This document shows, piece after piece, positions 1 through 12,144 of a DNA stretch of 64,000 nt. The notes beneath the pieces are model-generated. The model was not told where the DNA came from. It saw only the letters and a program-made list of their open reading frames with translations, and ran no database searches. This DNA comes from Camelus dromedarius (lineage: Eukaryota): assembly GCF_036321535.1 (NCBI RefSeq), contig NC_087437.1, forward strand, positions 14,572,001 to 14,636,000, read 5' to 3'. A program made the translations under genes and the position numbers. Position 1 is the stretch's first letter. Every line of letters starts with the position of its first letter.

Positions 1-19
1 ACTTAGATACTCTCTAAAG

Positions 20-294
20 CATTGTAATTCTAAATTTTCACTTAAGTAATTCTAAATTTCTAAAAATAGAAAAAAAAGAAAATTAATTTTCATGATGTAT
101 TTTATATGACCTAATATGTTTTAAAAATGTTATCTCACTGTATAGTCTTATATTTCATATTCATTTTTCCTATGAAGTTTTTGAAATCCAGTCGTGTGTG
201 TTACAGTAACAGTGCATCTCAATTCAGACTAGACACATTTCAGATGTTCAATGTAACCAACATCTGGCTAATGGCTACTATATTGGACAAGCAG
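20..294 (+). mobile_element. MER33-like hAT-Charlie non-autonomous DNA transposon (left end degraded)
   Basis: Ends in ...catctcaattcagactagacacatttcagatgttcaat...tggctaatggctactatattggacaagcag, matching the remembered MER33 3' end; parallels the copy at 55790-56091. Confidence 0.75.
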
Positions 295-812
295 TTTTCA
301 AGTCTTTCCCGGCAATTAATTTTTAAATCTGCCACAGTTCTTTATTTGAAACTTTTGAGGTCAGTTGTAGAATTCAGAATTTTTCACATTTTAATAGGTA
401 ATATAATATTTATCACATATCATGTAATACCCCTAGGGGTCTGAAGCAGCCTTCCATGATCAAACAAATATTTCTGTAGCAAAAAATATGACAATTCACA
501 CTGAGTTAAATGAAGACAATAAAACATCATGTAGGTTGAATGTTGCTGCCAAGTGACTTAAATTAAAAGCTTCTGTTTTCAGTCAAAGTTACAGAAAACG
601 AATTTGGATCTGTACCATGAAAACTGCTTGGATCCAGTATTTACTTTGTTGTTTCATTCATCACAAATCAGCCCAGCATTAATATGGCAACACGGCTGTC
701 TGTTCGCTAGCCGTGGACGTGGTAAAATGGTTGAGTCTTCTCCCTTATCTTGAGTCTCAGTAGTGACATTGTCCCCAGCAAGCTTAAAAAGGTGATCCTG
801 GGACCCTAGACT

Positions 813-945
813 TAGGATTGCCAGAGAAAATACAGGACGCTCAGTTAAATTTGAATTTCAGATAAACATCGAACAATTTTTTATTATAAGTATGTTCCAC
901 ATGATACCTGGCCGTCCTCTATTTTTACGTACTAACTCTGGCAGG
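813..945. mobile_element. MER53-like palindromic hAT MITE, internally deleted
   Basis: taggattgccaga..aaatacaggacgctcagttaaatttgaatttcagataaac..ttataagtatgttcca followed by the partial inverted arm gtcctctattttt..tctggca. Confidence 0.75.
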
Positions 946-1774
946 TTAAAAGCTATGTCAGCAAGTAAGACCACTGCTTCTTGCGGACCGGCCAAGGCAG
1001 CGTAAAGGAAGACTCTTTCTTATCTTTCATCACTTTCAGACAAAATATACAAAGCAGCCTGAATGGTTAAGGAGATTAGAGATCTGGTTTTTAAATTCCA
1101 GAATCCAAAAAATCCAGAATGACAAAGAATTCAGTTACAGGTGTGGCGTTTGCAGTCCTCATGGAAAAGGTCATCGTGAGGGAACTTTGATGAGCCAAAG
1201 GCTAATCTGACATTCTTCACTGACTGTCTTAACTGAAAACCCATCATGCCGCCCCCGATTTAGGGGCTTCTTAATCCACCATGGATTCCAGAAAGAAAAG
1301 CAAGGAGGGTAAATTAGGAACTGTCTCTGCTTTATTAAGTGGTGGGGGGGAGGGCAGTGGTGGGCGTTTGTTGAGAGCATAACTCCCTCTCTAAATGCCT
1401 CAGAAATTAAGAGGTGCCAAGAGGAAGTGCTGCTTTAAGAGCCATCTGGCTCACCCAGGGGCAGGGATGGGGAGGCTCGACACTTGCATCAAAAGTGGGC
1501 TTCAGCTCCTGTAAACAGCATCATTCCCAGCTCGCCCTGCCAAGCTGGGGGCTTTATGTCTCTCAGAGCATCAGCAGAGCAGGTGGCAAATGTGACAGAC
1601 TCAGGAGAGGCCGGCATGGTACCCTCTGGTTCAGTGATGTGCACTCAGCATCTCCTGAATTCAGGTGACTTCCTTCCCAGGGACTTGGGCTGGGCCCCCA
1701 GCAGCAGCCTGACTGAGGAACAGCTCCACATTAAAGGAGACCAAAGGGACGTGACAAGCAAACACACTGAAGCA

Positions 1775-2115
1775 CCTTGGATTGAACCCTAGATCAGAAA
1801 AAAAAAAAAAAGTTGCTGTGAAGGACATTATTGAGACAATTGGTAAAATTTGAATATGTCATTTATTCGACAGCAGTTTTGTCATTGTTAAAATTCCTCA
1901 TCATAGCCGTACTGTGGATGAGAGAATGCCTTTGTTCCTAGTTTTTAAGAGTAAAGATTTTATGGTTTCAAATGGTTAGGAAAAAAATACGTAGTATTCT
2001 CTCACACATGTACACGGAAATGGAGCGAAAGTTAACTATTGGTAAATCCATGTGAAGGGTTCAGAAGTTCATCTTACTATTCCTGTAACTTTTTATTAAG
2101 AATTTTTTTAATAGG
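1775..2115 (+). mobile_element. Old L1M (L1MC/ME-type) 3' UTR fragment
   Basis: ggattgaaccctagatcagaaaa..aaggacattattgagacaattggtaaaatttgaatatg..gagaatgcctttgttcctag..gttcatcttactattcctgtaactttt is typical of old L1M 3' ends. Confidence 0.6.
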
Positions 2116-2507
2116 AAAGGAGAAAAGATGGTAGCCTAACACAATCAGAAAACAGAGGTTCCAAAGGGGTAACTGTGGGAGAGGGTGAGGGCCCTGCCTC
2201 CCTGGCCCAGGGGCTGCGGGGTTAGGGCAGGGGTGGTCTCTCTGCCCTTTACCTTCACTGACTTTCAGCTTCAGAGGTCATGTGGAAGGGTGGCGAGAGC
2301 CCACGCCGCAGGCACACTCAGCCCTGTGTTCAGTCGGCCTGCAGCACCCACGCTCAGCTACCACGCTGAGTCCCCGCTTCCTGACCTGTAGAGGCGGGCG
2401 ACTGTAACTTACCTCCCAGCCTTGCTGGTAGGACTGGAGGTGATGACTGCAGAGCACCTGGCTGAGCAGCTGACGTGGAATAGGTACTCCCCCCAAATTC
2501 AATATGA

Positions 2508-2685
2508 CTTTAAAAAAAATTTTTTTTGAAGTTTTTGTTTGTCCTTCTGTGGGGGAAGGTAATTAGGTCTGTTGTTTGTTTGTTTATTTATTTAATTTTA
2601 TTTTTTTTAACAGAGGTCCTGGAGATTGAATCCATGACCTCATGCATGCTAAGCACGTGCTTTACCACGGAGCTGTACCCTCCCC
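2508..2685 (-). mobile_element. tRNA-Ala-derived SINE (Vic-1-like, long-tail form)
   Basis: Reverse strand reads ggggagggtacagctccgtggtaaagcacgtgcttagcatgcatgaggtcatggattcaatctcc, then an A-rich tail with the acctaattacc module; ttcaatat occurs on both flanks (partial TSD). Confidence 0.9.
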
Positions 2686-3119
2686 ACTTCAATATATCTC
2701 TGTTTCCACAGAACGACCGTGGCCAGCCGGCTCCACAGTCTTTCACTGTTGTTGGAACAGAAGGCAGCAGTCTGTCACCAAGTCTGCAGACCTGAGACTC
2801 AGGCTCTGCCCCCTTGAAACCCCCTGACTGCAAACCCTGATGGAAAGCCTATTCCTTTAACGGCCCCAAGCAGTGTTTCCAAGCATGATTGGTTTCCTAG
2901 CAGGCGTAATCGCTTCAGACAAACCACTGCAAGCCCTCTCTAGACCGCTTCTGAAACTCTTCCCTTCCCCAGCTGCCACATAGCATGAGAAGCAAGATCA
3001 GGGTATCAGCTCAAAGGTTTGAAAAGGGTGAAATTAACTCTGGACTTTAACCTTGAGACAGATGACCTCACAGGACACGGGAGAGAAAAGTAAAAAGAAA
3101 AGTGTCTTGGGCTGTGAGT

Positions 3120-3329
3120 GAGTGGCAGTGATGCTAAACTGGAAATCAGAAGCCTGGTTAGCATGCCGGCTCTGCCACTTACTAGCTGGCGGTTCTAGGC
3201 AAGCCACTCAGAGCCTATGGCCCTACTTGTGAGACGGGGATGCTATGCTTCACAGAAATGGTGAATTAATCAAGTGAGACAAAGGATGTGGAGGTGCTCG
3301 GTAAACTGTAAGGGGCTATCCCACATAAG
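3120..3329 (+). mobile_element. MIR SINE
   Basis: Core ggctctgccacttactagctgg..ctaggcaagccactca and tail gtgctcggtaaactgtaaggggctat. Confidence 0.7.
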
Positions 3330-3476
3330 CCCTGCTCAAAGTGTAGTTCAACATCGACTTTACAGAGACTGTTAGAGATGCAGACTCTTGGGTCCCACCC
3401 CAGACCTACTGAGTCAGAATTTGAATTTTAACACCATTCCCAGGGCATTCCAGTGCACAGGAAAGTTTGAGAAGCT
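3330..3476. mobile_element. MER5A-like hAT-Charlie element
   Basis: gttagagatgcagactcttgggtcccaccccagacctactgagtcagaat..aaagtttgagaagc. Confidence 0.75.
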
Positions 3477-4257
3477 AAGGTAAAACATCGCACTTGAGTT
3501 GATCCTTAAAGTAGTACCTTTAAAGAGACCTGAGGGGCTTACGTAAAACCAGACCTTCTAAATGGCCTGATGATTGCTGGAACCTCAGGAGCTACTTGAA
3601 TGGTCAGTGTTTTTGCTTGTGGAGGCTATGATATATTTTGCATATTTATATTTTGCAAGGGCCTGGTGAGGTTCTGGTGAACCTTAAACACACACCGAAC
3701 ACTCTGACAGCTTTTGCCTCAACACAGGGCTGAGTGCAAGGACTTTGTCCTCTGAGCCACCCCCACCATCACCCCCATAAGTCAGCACTGAGTCTGGGGA
3801 CACCAGTTACTCCCAAGTCCTGCCTTTAGCCTGGAGATCACCATGTCCGTCCTGAGACCACCCTGGCTTTGCGAGGGAAGGAGTGTAAGGACTTGGCCCA
3901 AGGTCAGCTGCGGTAGGAATTAGGGCTGTCTGCCCAGTCTCCCTTTGCCACCAGAGGTGGAAGGTGGTGATGGCCCCAAATGACCTCTGCTCACCCTTAT
4001 GGTAGATTAAAGGAAAGGCCCCAGATGCAGCTCCTAACTCCACAATGCTTTCCATCTGCTTTGTTCTGGGCCAAGGCTTGGCTCACTCAGAGCCCTGAAG
4101 GGCAGGAGCTAAGAGGCCTTTGCCCTGGTTCTGAGCACGTAGCGCGGTAGCTGGGCATGGTAGATGGCTGCCCAGTGAGTGGCTTTGAATAAGACTTCAG
4201 CACAATGCTTTGTAGATACCGGTGCTCAGGAAATAACTACTGGTGGATTGACAAGGC

Positions 4258-4588
4258 CAGGGCCACTTGCCTGCTAGGTACCTGTAGGCACAGAGCCCAG
4301 AACCGGTGAATTCTTCAGAAGCCCAGGAAAATGTTTCAGACCTGAAGACCAACAACAAAATTAGTCCCTCCAAATACAGAAAAAAAGACTGTCAACATTA
4401 AAATGTGTAGTTAGCCGGCTATAATATATAACATAATGCCAACTGGTCTAGTTGACCCTGAGAGTTCTGTATAAATTATATTAAATTGTGGGATGCGGGC
4501 ACATTTTAACCCGTTAAATGTGGCGTAGGTAGAGCCTCCAGAAGTTAGCTAGTGTCTAGGGCCTAAGAAAGGTTTAAAACAGCACTGG
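4258..4588. mobile_element. Probable ORSL-like hAT-Tip100 element
   Basis: Starts cagggcc..taggtacctgtaggcacagagccc, contains gcccaggaaaatgtttc, ends gtgtctagggcctaagaaagg..cagcactg, with an AT-rich centre. Subfamily uncertain. Confidence 0.45.
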
Positions 4589-5106
4589 TCATAGAGAGCC
4601 TGGAGCAGGCATGGATGAGCTGAGGCCTTTCAGAAGGCCCGAGGCAGGCTCAAGGTTAAGGCCCTAAGACAGTGGCAGAGAAATGGCACAGCAAAAATCC
4701 GGGAAGGCAGGAGGTTTGGGAAATTATAGTGTTTTCACCCTGTCCCCAGATAACTTTCTTAGTACATTTTTTTGTAAGGAGAAGATCTCTTGTAAAGAGA
4801 GGATTTTCTGCTGTGTGCCATACTATCCTAGAATTGATTAATGACATGCCTTACATCCTGTGGATTTCTATTTATTTCCTTAATCACAGGCTGTAAAGAT
4901 TGGGGTGGGCTGAGTGTAGAGGGAAAGTGGAAATCAAATTTTCATCCATCTTTCCCGTTTCCCTATTCCCCTCAAGAGAATCATTTTTGTTCTAAATTTC
5001 TATGAAGTTACTCATCTAGGTACTGTACAGAGCTAAGTGGGAAACGGTCCTTTTGCTCTGAGAGGCCCAATTCAATAAACATTCCTGCAGACAGGAGTAA
5101 AGGGAT

Positions 5107-5640
5107 CTATATCAGTAGGCTTTGCTGCATGATAACCCCCCTCCCCCCTCCAGAAAGAAAACTTAATAATTTAAAACAACCATCATTTATTTAGTTCACA
5201 GTCCTGTCAGTCAGCTGCATAGCTGGACTCTGCTGAGCGGTTCTTCTAGTTTTGGCTGGACTCATTCACGCCTAGTGCCCAGCTACCAAGTGGGTCAGCG
5301 GGGCTGGCTGATCTGGGATGGCCTCATTTGGGACTGCTCATCTCTGCTCCCTATCGTCTCACAGGCTCCAGCAGGCAAGTGCAGGCTTGTTTGCATGGAC
5401 ACTGAGCAGGTGTCCAAGAGACAAACAGAAATGTACAAGACCTCTGGAAGTCCACCCTCAGAGCTGGCACACTGTCACTTCCACCTCATTCTGTCGGGCA
5501 AAGCCAGTCACACAGCATCCCAGATTAAAGAGGTGGGGAAATAAACGTCACCTCATAATGGGAAGAGCTTCAAAGTGGCGTGCAAGGGGGGCAGATACTG
5601 TGAAGGGAAGAACTGCAGCCATTTTTGCAATCGACCAGAG
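5107..5640 (-). mobile_element. MLT1 (MLT1H-like) ERVL-MaLR solo LTR
   Basis: ttaaaacaaccatcatttatttagttcaca..ctggcacactgtcacttccacctcattctgtcgggcaaagccagtcaca..cccagattaaagaggtggggaaata..gcagccatttttgcaatc. Confidence 0.8.
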
Positions 5641-6149
5641 TCACAGTGAAAAAGACACAGCCCTGAAAGAAATCAGTAAATAGGTTTAAACTGCTGAGGC
5701 AAAAGAAGAGAAGATGGAGGATGGGGGAGGCAGTTGTCAGAGGAGTCACAAATTTAAATGCAGTCAGACCAAGGAGGTCAGGAAATGAGAGCCAGAGCGT
5801 GGTCATTGCATTAGAGTTTGCAGAGTTGGTTTTGATGGGGAAATGACTGACCCCTTTAGGAAAGGTGAGTGGGGGTGTGGTTCTGCCAGACAGCTGTACT
5901 TCAAAGGTATGCAGAAGATAAAATTTAACATCCGATAAAAATTAACCTTGCAGTAGACACTGTGGACAGCTGAGAACAACCACGGCTGACTAAGCACCTT
6001 TCTCTGTGCTCTGTAAGGACAGAGAGATTTAAAAGTGTTATGTCATGTGGCTGAGAAAGTGGCACCCGGAGGTGACACTTCCAGGCAGAAGCACCAGAGC
6101 AGTTGGCACGTGGGGCAGTGATGGAGGGGATACTGTGGCGAGCAGCAGG

Positions 6150-6305
6150 GGGCTGGTTCAGGGTAACTCTGCTCCTGGTCCTGGCTCTGCCACCGACCAG
6201 CTCCGTGACATTGTCCAAGTCACCTCTCCTCTCTGGGTTGCAGTTACCTTCTCTACCAAATATTAGAATGGGTTTTGTTATCTCTGTGGTTCCTTCCAAG
6301 AGTGG
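6150..6305 (+). mobile_element. MIR SINE fragment
   Basis: cctggctctgccaccgaccagctccgtgacattgtccaagtcacctctcctctctgggttgcagtt core; tctctgtggttccttcca tail. Confidence 0.65.
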
Positions 6306-6949
6306 GATTAGGATTCTTGGGCTGACTGCTCCAACACGTAATGGCTTATCCCGAAAGCGATACAGGGGGAAAAAGAGTGTTCACAGACCACTTTAATCCT
6401 GGGCACTAGCGGAGTTTTCCTGGCCATGAGCCTCGCTGCCAAACCCAATTAGCTTCTTCTCTTTGAGGTAAGAGAGTACTTACGCAAACAAGAATCAGAA
6501 GGGATGCTGCAGAAATTCAGAAGGTCCTTTCTTCCCCTAGTTTTCTCAGTGGCATTTTAGGCTACTCAGGGCTCCCTGCTGGAGTCAGAGATGCAGGACC
6601 ACGGTCCCACTGACGTTGCCCCCCACCCCCGCGGCACGTCCACAACTTCTTACCACAGTCATCTTGTTGCTGAGATCATTGCATAAACTCTTCACAGCTG
6701 GCATGCTCAGAAAACTTTCTTTGCCTTGGCATTTTAATTCGCTGATGAATCGGGTCACCCACAAGTCTTCAGATGGTAGCAAAGAAGGCTCTTCTGTGCC
6801 CGGCACTGATTAGACCATATACCCTTGTCCTGCTGTTGTACACTTCCAGTTGCCCATGTGATTTCATTTCTTTCTCTACTGTTGTGAAGTTAAGATTGTG
6901 TTTACCGTCCTCATCTCCATTCAGCCTTTTTTCAGCCGTTTTATAAAGG

Positions 6950-7390
6950 GTGAAGTTCATTGCAGCAGTATTTACAATAGTGAAAAGTGCAACAAACCTA
7001 AATGCCCATAGAGAGAGGAATGGTTTAATAAAACAGCTGTCTGAGGGAATGCAATGCAGCAGTGAAAAGGAGCAAGGTTTATTGGTATTAACATGAAACA
7101 TTTTCCAAAAGATATGGAGAAATGGGGAAACCAGAACATTGTGTCTCATATGGTATTATTTATGGAAAGGTTAACTTACACGATGTATTTCAGGGTAGGT
7201 GTGGACATGTGTACACCAGGTGACATTGCTCAGGAAGGACACGTGAATAGGTGACAGCAGTTTCCCTGGGTCAGCAGAGTAGATGGGAGTAGGGAGAGTA
7301 ATGAGAATGTTTGCTTATCTGCATTACTTAGATTTTTAACATTAAGCATATAATCATATGTATTTGTGAAATTTAAAAAAAAGTTTTAAA
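6950..7390 (+). mobile_element. Old L1ME ORF2-end/3' UTR fragment
   Basis: gttcattgcagcagtatttacaatagtgaaaagtgcaacaaacctaaatgccca..gaatggtttaataaa..atgcagcagtgaaaagg. Confidence 0.65.
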
Positions 7391-8686
7391 CAGAACTTTT
7401 GTAAAGACTTAGATGGTGATGGTTTACTTTCACCTCTGGATGTAAGAAAATAAAAGGTAGGAAAAAATTGCTTGCTCTTTCTCAGATTAATAACCCAGCA
7501 CCCTGTACGTGGAGATGTCATAAGCTTTCTGACCCACCAGTGTGAGGGAAAATAACACAACAAGCGTTGCAGGAAATAAAATAAAAACCTGTGTATTCCA
7601 ACCCAGACAAGAATTATCTGAAGATGTCTTGCATTTCAGATTTTAATTACTCTATCATTTCAGTTTTGTTCTCAGAGCTAATTCCGAGAAGTGACAGCTC
7701 TTCTCAAATAGTATGCAATTTAATTACAATTAACTCCTTACAGTTTAATTACAGGAGAGTACCATTTCTTCAGAATCTGGGCAACCGGAAAGCTCACATC
7801 ATCAGCAGCTTTTCTTTCTACTCTGCTTTTTGAAAGTGAGACAAATAAGAGCCTTAAATTGGGGAACTCTTCCAAAAACACCTTTCAGGTTCTGTCATGC
7901 AGTCAGTCCAGATGACGCTTAATTTCTCACGCCTTCAGCAATTATAGTGCCACATGCAGGTAACTGATGTCGCTAACAGTGGCAGTGAGATACTTACTGC
8001 AAGACCCTAATGGAACTTTGGACCCCCATGGGGTCAACCCTTTCCTCCACCCTCCCACCTGCCGTGGCTCCCCTGGCTCCCACCACTTCGCAGAAGTCCC
8101 ATCAGTGTCCACACAGAATACATCCTTTGTTCAAGGGGCTGATGTGGTTCAGGGCTCCTGCCTCCATGTCGTTGACCCACTTCTCTCAGATGAGCTATTT
8201 CTAAACACTGGCAACAGATTCTCCCTGTTCCTTCAGTCCCCCTCAAAGGGCTGCCTGCACTAGGTGATAGCCCTCCTGGACACTCTTGTTATGAGGCAGG
8301 TGCTGCCGCCTTCAGATCCCGTGGCTGCTGAGGCCACCAGCTGACTGCCTAGTGACTGGCCAGTGTTTTAAGTTCCCCTCTTTCAAAAAATGGCTTCTGT
8401 CTCCTCTCCCATGTTGGTTTTCTGAACTGCTGCCTTTGCTGTTCAGGCCATCCTAGATCAATGCCAAAACCCTGATTTATTCAAGTCAAGAATGATCTAA
8501 AACCCTCCTTTTCTACTGGTTTTTGTAAGAACATTTTGCTCTGTCTTTTGTGCTCCACCTGGCTTCATTCTTCAGTTTTGTTTTCTGATTCACTAATTGC
8601 TAAATCACCGTATCACTGTCTAGAGTTTATTCTATGCATCGTTTTTTTTTAATTTGATAAGCATATACATTTTTAAAATTTCCTCC

Positions 8687-8954
8687 TTTTTTATTGAAGT
8701 ATAGTCAGTTTACAATGTTGTGTCAATTTCTGGTGTACAGCATAAAGTTTCAGTCATACATACACATACATATATTCTCATATTCGTTTTCATTATAGGT
8801 TATTACAAGATGTTGAATGTAGTTCCCTGTGCTATACAGTAAGACCTTGTTGTTCGTCTATTTTATATACAGTAGTTAGTATCTGCCAATCTCGAGCTCC
8901 CAATTTATCCCTTCCCCCACTGGCAACCACAAGTTTGTTTTCTATGTTATGAGT
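8687..8954 (-). mobile_element. Young L1 3' end (5'-truncated)
   Basis: ttttttattgaagtatagtcagtttacaatgttgtgtcaatttctggtgtacagc..ggttattacaagatgttgaatgtagttccctgtgctatacag; aligns by eye with the copies at 11.7, 40.0, 57.1 and 60.5 kb. Confidence 0.85.
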
Positions 8955-9119
8955 ATATATTCAATTACCAACATTTTAATGAGTAAATTTTCTTATTCTT
9001 ATTTTTGCATTCTCTGTTTTTCACGTGGAAGGTACTACTTCATTATCTTTTGAGCATCATAAACATATATATTTTAAAATCTTTGTTAGACTGACTCATA
9101 AAATATAGTTCATCTGGAG

Positions 9120-9488
9120 TAGCACTGTCCAATAGAACTTTCTGTAGTGAAGGAATGATTTATGTCTGCACTGTCCAATATGATAGCCACTAAACACATG
9201 TGGCGATTGAGAATTGGAATTTTCTTTGATTTTGTCTAACTTTTTTAAACTATTTTTTTAAACCAGACACTTTTATTCTGCTTTTTTAAACTGAAGTATA
9301 GCTGATTTATTATGTTGAGTTTTTTGTTTGTTTGTTTAATTGAAGTACAGGGGATTGAACCCAGGACCTCGTGCATGCTAAGCATGTACTCTTCCCCTGA
9401 GCTATATACCCTCCCCACTCTTCAGCTAACTTTTATTTCAGTTTAAATATTCCGTGTGGCTAGTAGCTACCATAATGGGTAACACAGC
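9120..9488. mobile_element. MER3 hAT-Charlie element, split by a SINE plus tiny L1 3' piece
   Basis: Left part agcactgtccaatagaactttctg..ctgcactgtccaatatgatagccac; right part tgtggctagtagctaccataatgggtaacacag resumes after about 9420. Confidence 0.8.
9320..9416 (-). mobile_element. tRNA-Ala-derived SINE (Vic-1-like, short form)
   Basis: Reverse strand ggggagggtatatagctcaggggaagagtacatgcttagcatgcacgaggtcctgggttcaatcccctgtacttc with an (aaac)n tail. Confidence 0.9.
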
Positions 9489-9516
9489 TCCAGAATAAAT
9501 TTAAAACCTAATTGCT

Positions 9517-9660
9517 AGGGGGAGGGTTTAGCTCAGTGGTAGTGTACACAAAGTCCTGGGTTCAGTCCCTAGGACGTCCACTAAAAAATAAACAAATAAA
9601 ATTAAAAATTAATTTAAAAATACATAAAGAAACCTAATTACCCCACCCCACCCCCCAGAA
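9517..9660 (+). mobile_element. tRNA-Ala-derived SINE (Vic-1-like) lacking the anticodon arm, with about 14-bp TSD
   Basis: gggggagggtttagctcagtggtag[deletion]tgtacacaaagtcctgggttcagtccc; flanks aaaacctaattgct (9503-9516) and aaaccctaattgct (9661-9674). Confidence 0.9.
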
Positions 9661-10639
9661 AAACCCTAATTGCTGATTAGGGTTTTGTGTTAGGTTTCCT
9701 CTTGTGTTTTGGAATTTTTGATTTGAAGGTTCATTTTAAGTGAGAGAGAGCTTATTTGTTCTCTTTGTGCGTGTGCTCCTCCTTCCCTCTTTAGTGTTTT
9801 CAGTCGTCTCTGAACACAGAGACACATAGAACTAGGTCTTAAAATGTGTGCTGAAGCTCCTGCTCCGAAGATAGATCGTGAATGTGGGGAGACCTGAGGG
9901 TGGCGTGGTTTGGCCCTAATCAGACCATGACTTCGGTCTTCCTCCTCCCTGGACTTTCCACCTACTAAAAGCTGCAGCCCCAGCTAGTAGCCTGAAATGA
10001 TGCATTTATTACTCTACTCTCACCAGTAGGAGAACCCCACTTCAGCCCCTGCCCTAGGCACCCACCCCCTCGGCCCTGTGAGCACCATTAATCCCTCTCT
10101 CTTACCAGAACTGGACTGTTGCCCCTGCCTGCCTGCCTGCCTCCACGTGGACGCCCTGCTGGCCTGCAGCTTCAGCTCTCTTCTCCGCTTTACCTTTCTC
10201 TTCCTTTTCTGGCTGGTGGATATGTTTATCTTGTTTTTTAAGTTCAGCTCTGTCTTTTTAGTTTTCTATTTTTATGTTACAGCTGGCATTGCTCTGTGCC
10301 TGAGGCGGGGGCAAAGAGGGGGATATATCAGAACATGAACTTGCAAGGCCACCTTGACCAGTGTGTCCCCTCCAATAACATTTCTCATCATACCACAGAA
10401 GGAAAGACTTTTTCACTCCTACCTTCATTATTCCTCACACATTGGGTCACAAGTCAGAAAGAACACAGTATAGTGGGCTTGCTGAGTGATGATATGAAAT
10501 ATCAAATCTAAAGACAATTATCTCCAGAGCGGAACCAACCCCACGAACTTTCAATAAGGCCCTTCCGTGTTATCTCACTGGGATGATACAAAGCATGTTC
10601 AAAACTGTCTTCCACTGAGCCACACTGGGCCTGAGAAAC

Positions 10640-10776
10640 AGGGGAGGCACATAATTAATTTATTGTGCAAAACCAGACACTTTTGAGAGTGAAAGAGAAC
10701 GATCTTAATAATTACCCAAGAAAAACAGGCTTAAATTGGGACTTTCTCAAGCAAGTCAGAGTGAAGGGTCACCTTA
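10640..10776. mobile_element. MER94-like hAT-Blackjack element
   Basis: aatttattgtgcaaaaccagacacttttgagagtgaaagagaacgatcttaataattac..acaggcttaaattgggact..ggtcacctta. Confidence 0.7.
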
Positions 10777-11264
10777 TCCTGTGACCAACTCGGGAGTGTT
10801 TAGTTTGACGGGACTCCCACATGAAGCCAGGTGTCATCTTCTGGCCCACTTTTCTGTTGATATTCCAGGTGAAGAACCATAGCAGTGATTTTATACCCTC
10901 TTTTCTAAGGCCCCCATCCTTCCCTTCTTCTCCAAAAAGACAGTCAACATTTTAAAAAATTCAGTGTCCAAAATAGGGAATTCAGATTATTTTTCTGGAT
11001 CTTTCTCTCCCGGTACCTCCTCTAAATCACTAAAGTAATCTATTTTGTACAGCCCTCAAACAAAACCCCCACATTCAGATTCCTCTTGAATACTCCTTCA
11101 CAACCCTCATGGGTCTTGGTTTTCTTTCAACAAAGCCATCAAAGCCGTCTCCTCCAGACCAGCCATGACCCTGAGAGCCATTGGCTGACCCAGTTCACTG
11201 GTCATTCAACAGCATGCCAGCCATTCTCCCCCAAGGCCAGCTGGCTCTAATTCTAGGAGTGGCG

Positions 11265-11710
11265 GTTATGCTGCAAGGCCATACTACTGCTGTGTAACAA
11301 ACCACCCTAAAACTCTGCAGCTTCAAACAACCACCATTTTATTGCACTTCATGGTTTAATAGGTCAGTAAGTGGAGGGCAGGGTTCAGCTGGGTGATTCT
11401 CCTGCTCCACACGGCATTAACCAAGAATGCTTGGTGATGTCTGATGACCTGCTCACATATATTAGCAGGGACCTCTGGAAAGCTGAGCTCAGCCTCCTGC
11501 ACTGGCACTGACTGTCAGCTGGAGCGCCTGCATCTGACCACGCCTGCAGAGCCGTCTCCGGGCAGCTGGCTTTCTTACGTGGCAGCTCTGGGCAACCAGA
11601 GAGACTATCTCAGGACAGCCAGGCAGAAGCTGCAAAGCTCCTTATGACCTAGCCCTGGAGGTCCCAGGAGTCACTTAAATTGCATTTTATGCAAGTTAAA
11701 GCAAATCACA
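11265..11710 (-). mobile_element. MLT1 (F/G-like) ERVL-MaLR LTR, truncated
   Basis: ctgctgtgtaacaaaccaccctaaaactc..caaacaaccaccattttattg..aggcagaagctgcaaagctccttatgacctagcc; stops abruptly at an L1 fragment. Confidence 0.8.
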
Positions 11711-12144
11711 TATATTCATTTTCATATTCTTTTTCATTAAAGGTTGTTATAAGATAGTGAATATAGTTTCCTGTATTATACAGAAGAAATTTATTTTTTA
11801 TCTATTTTTCTATATAGTGGTTAACATTTTCAAATCTCAAACTCCCAGACTTATCCCTTCCCACCCCCTTTCCCTTGGTAACCATAAAATTGTTTACTGT
11901 GTCTGAGAGGCTGTTTCTGTTTTGTAGATGAATTCATTAGTATCCTCTTTTTTTTTTCAGATTCCACATATTAGTGATATCATATGGTATTTTTCTTTCT
12001 CTGTCTGGTTTTCTTCACTTAGAATGACGATCTCCAGGTCTATCCATGTTGCTGAAAATGGCATTATTTTATTTTTTGACTTAGTAGTTTTCCATTGTAT
12101 AAATATACCACAACTACTTTATCCAGTCATCTGTCAATGGACAC
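11708..12144 (-). mobile_element. Young L1 ORF2-end/3' UTR fragment lacking its terminus and poly(A)
   Basis: cagattccacatattagtgatatcatatggtatttttctttctctgtctgg..ttcacttagaatgacgatctccaggtctatccatgttgctg; ORF 11928-12161 is the usual L1 antisense pseudo-ORF. Confidence 0.9.

Larger units (their letters stand above)
8480..10300 (-). mobile_element. Possible ancient HAL1/L1M 5'-ORF1 remnant, broken by nested insertions
   Basis: T-rich segments such as ttcagttttgttttctgattcactaatt and tcttttgagcatcataaacatatatattttaaaatcttt resemble antisense old L1 ORF1. Very diverged. Confidence 0.35.

Noticed and set aside
813..945. Inverted-repeat structure as a miRNA hairpin
   Set aside because: It is explained by the palindromic MER53 element, and most of one arm is deleted.
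3944..3962. CTCF-like tgccaccagaggtggaag
   Set aside because: It departs from the core at the conserved GGC positions and is weaker than the 24.1 kb candidate.
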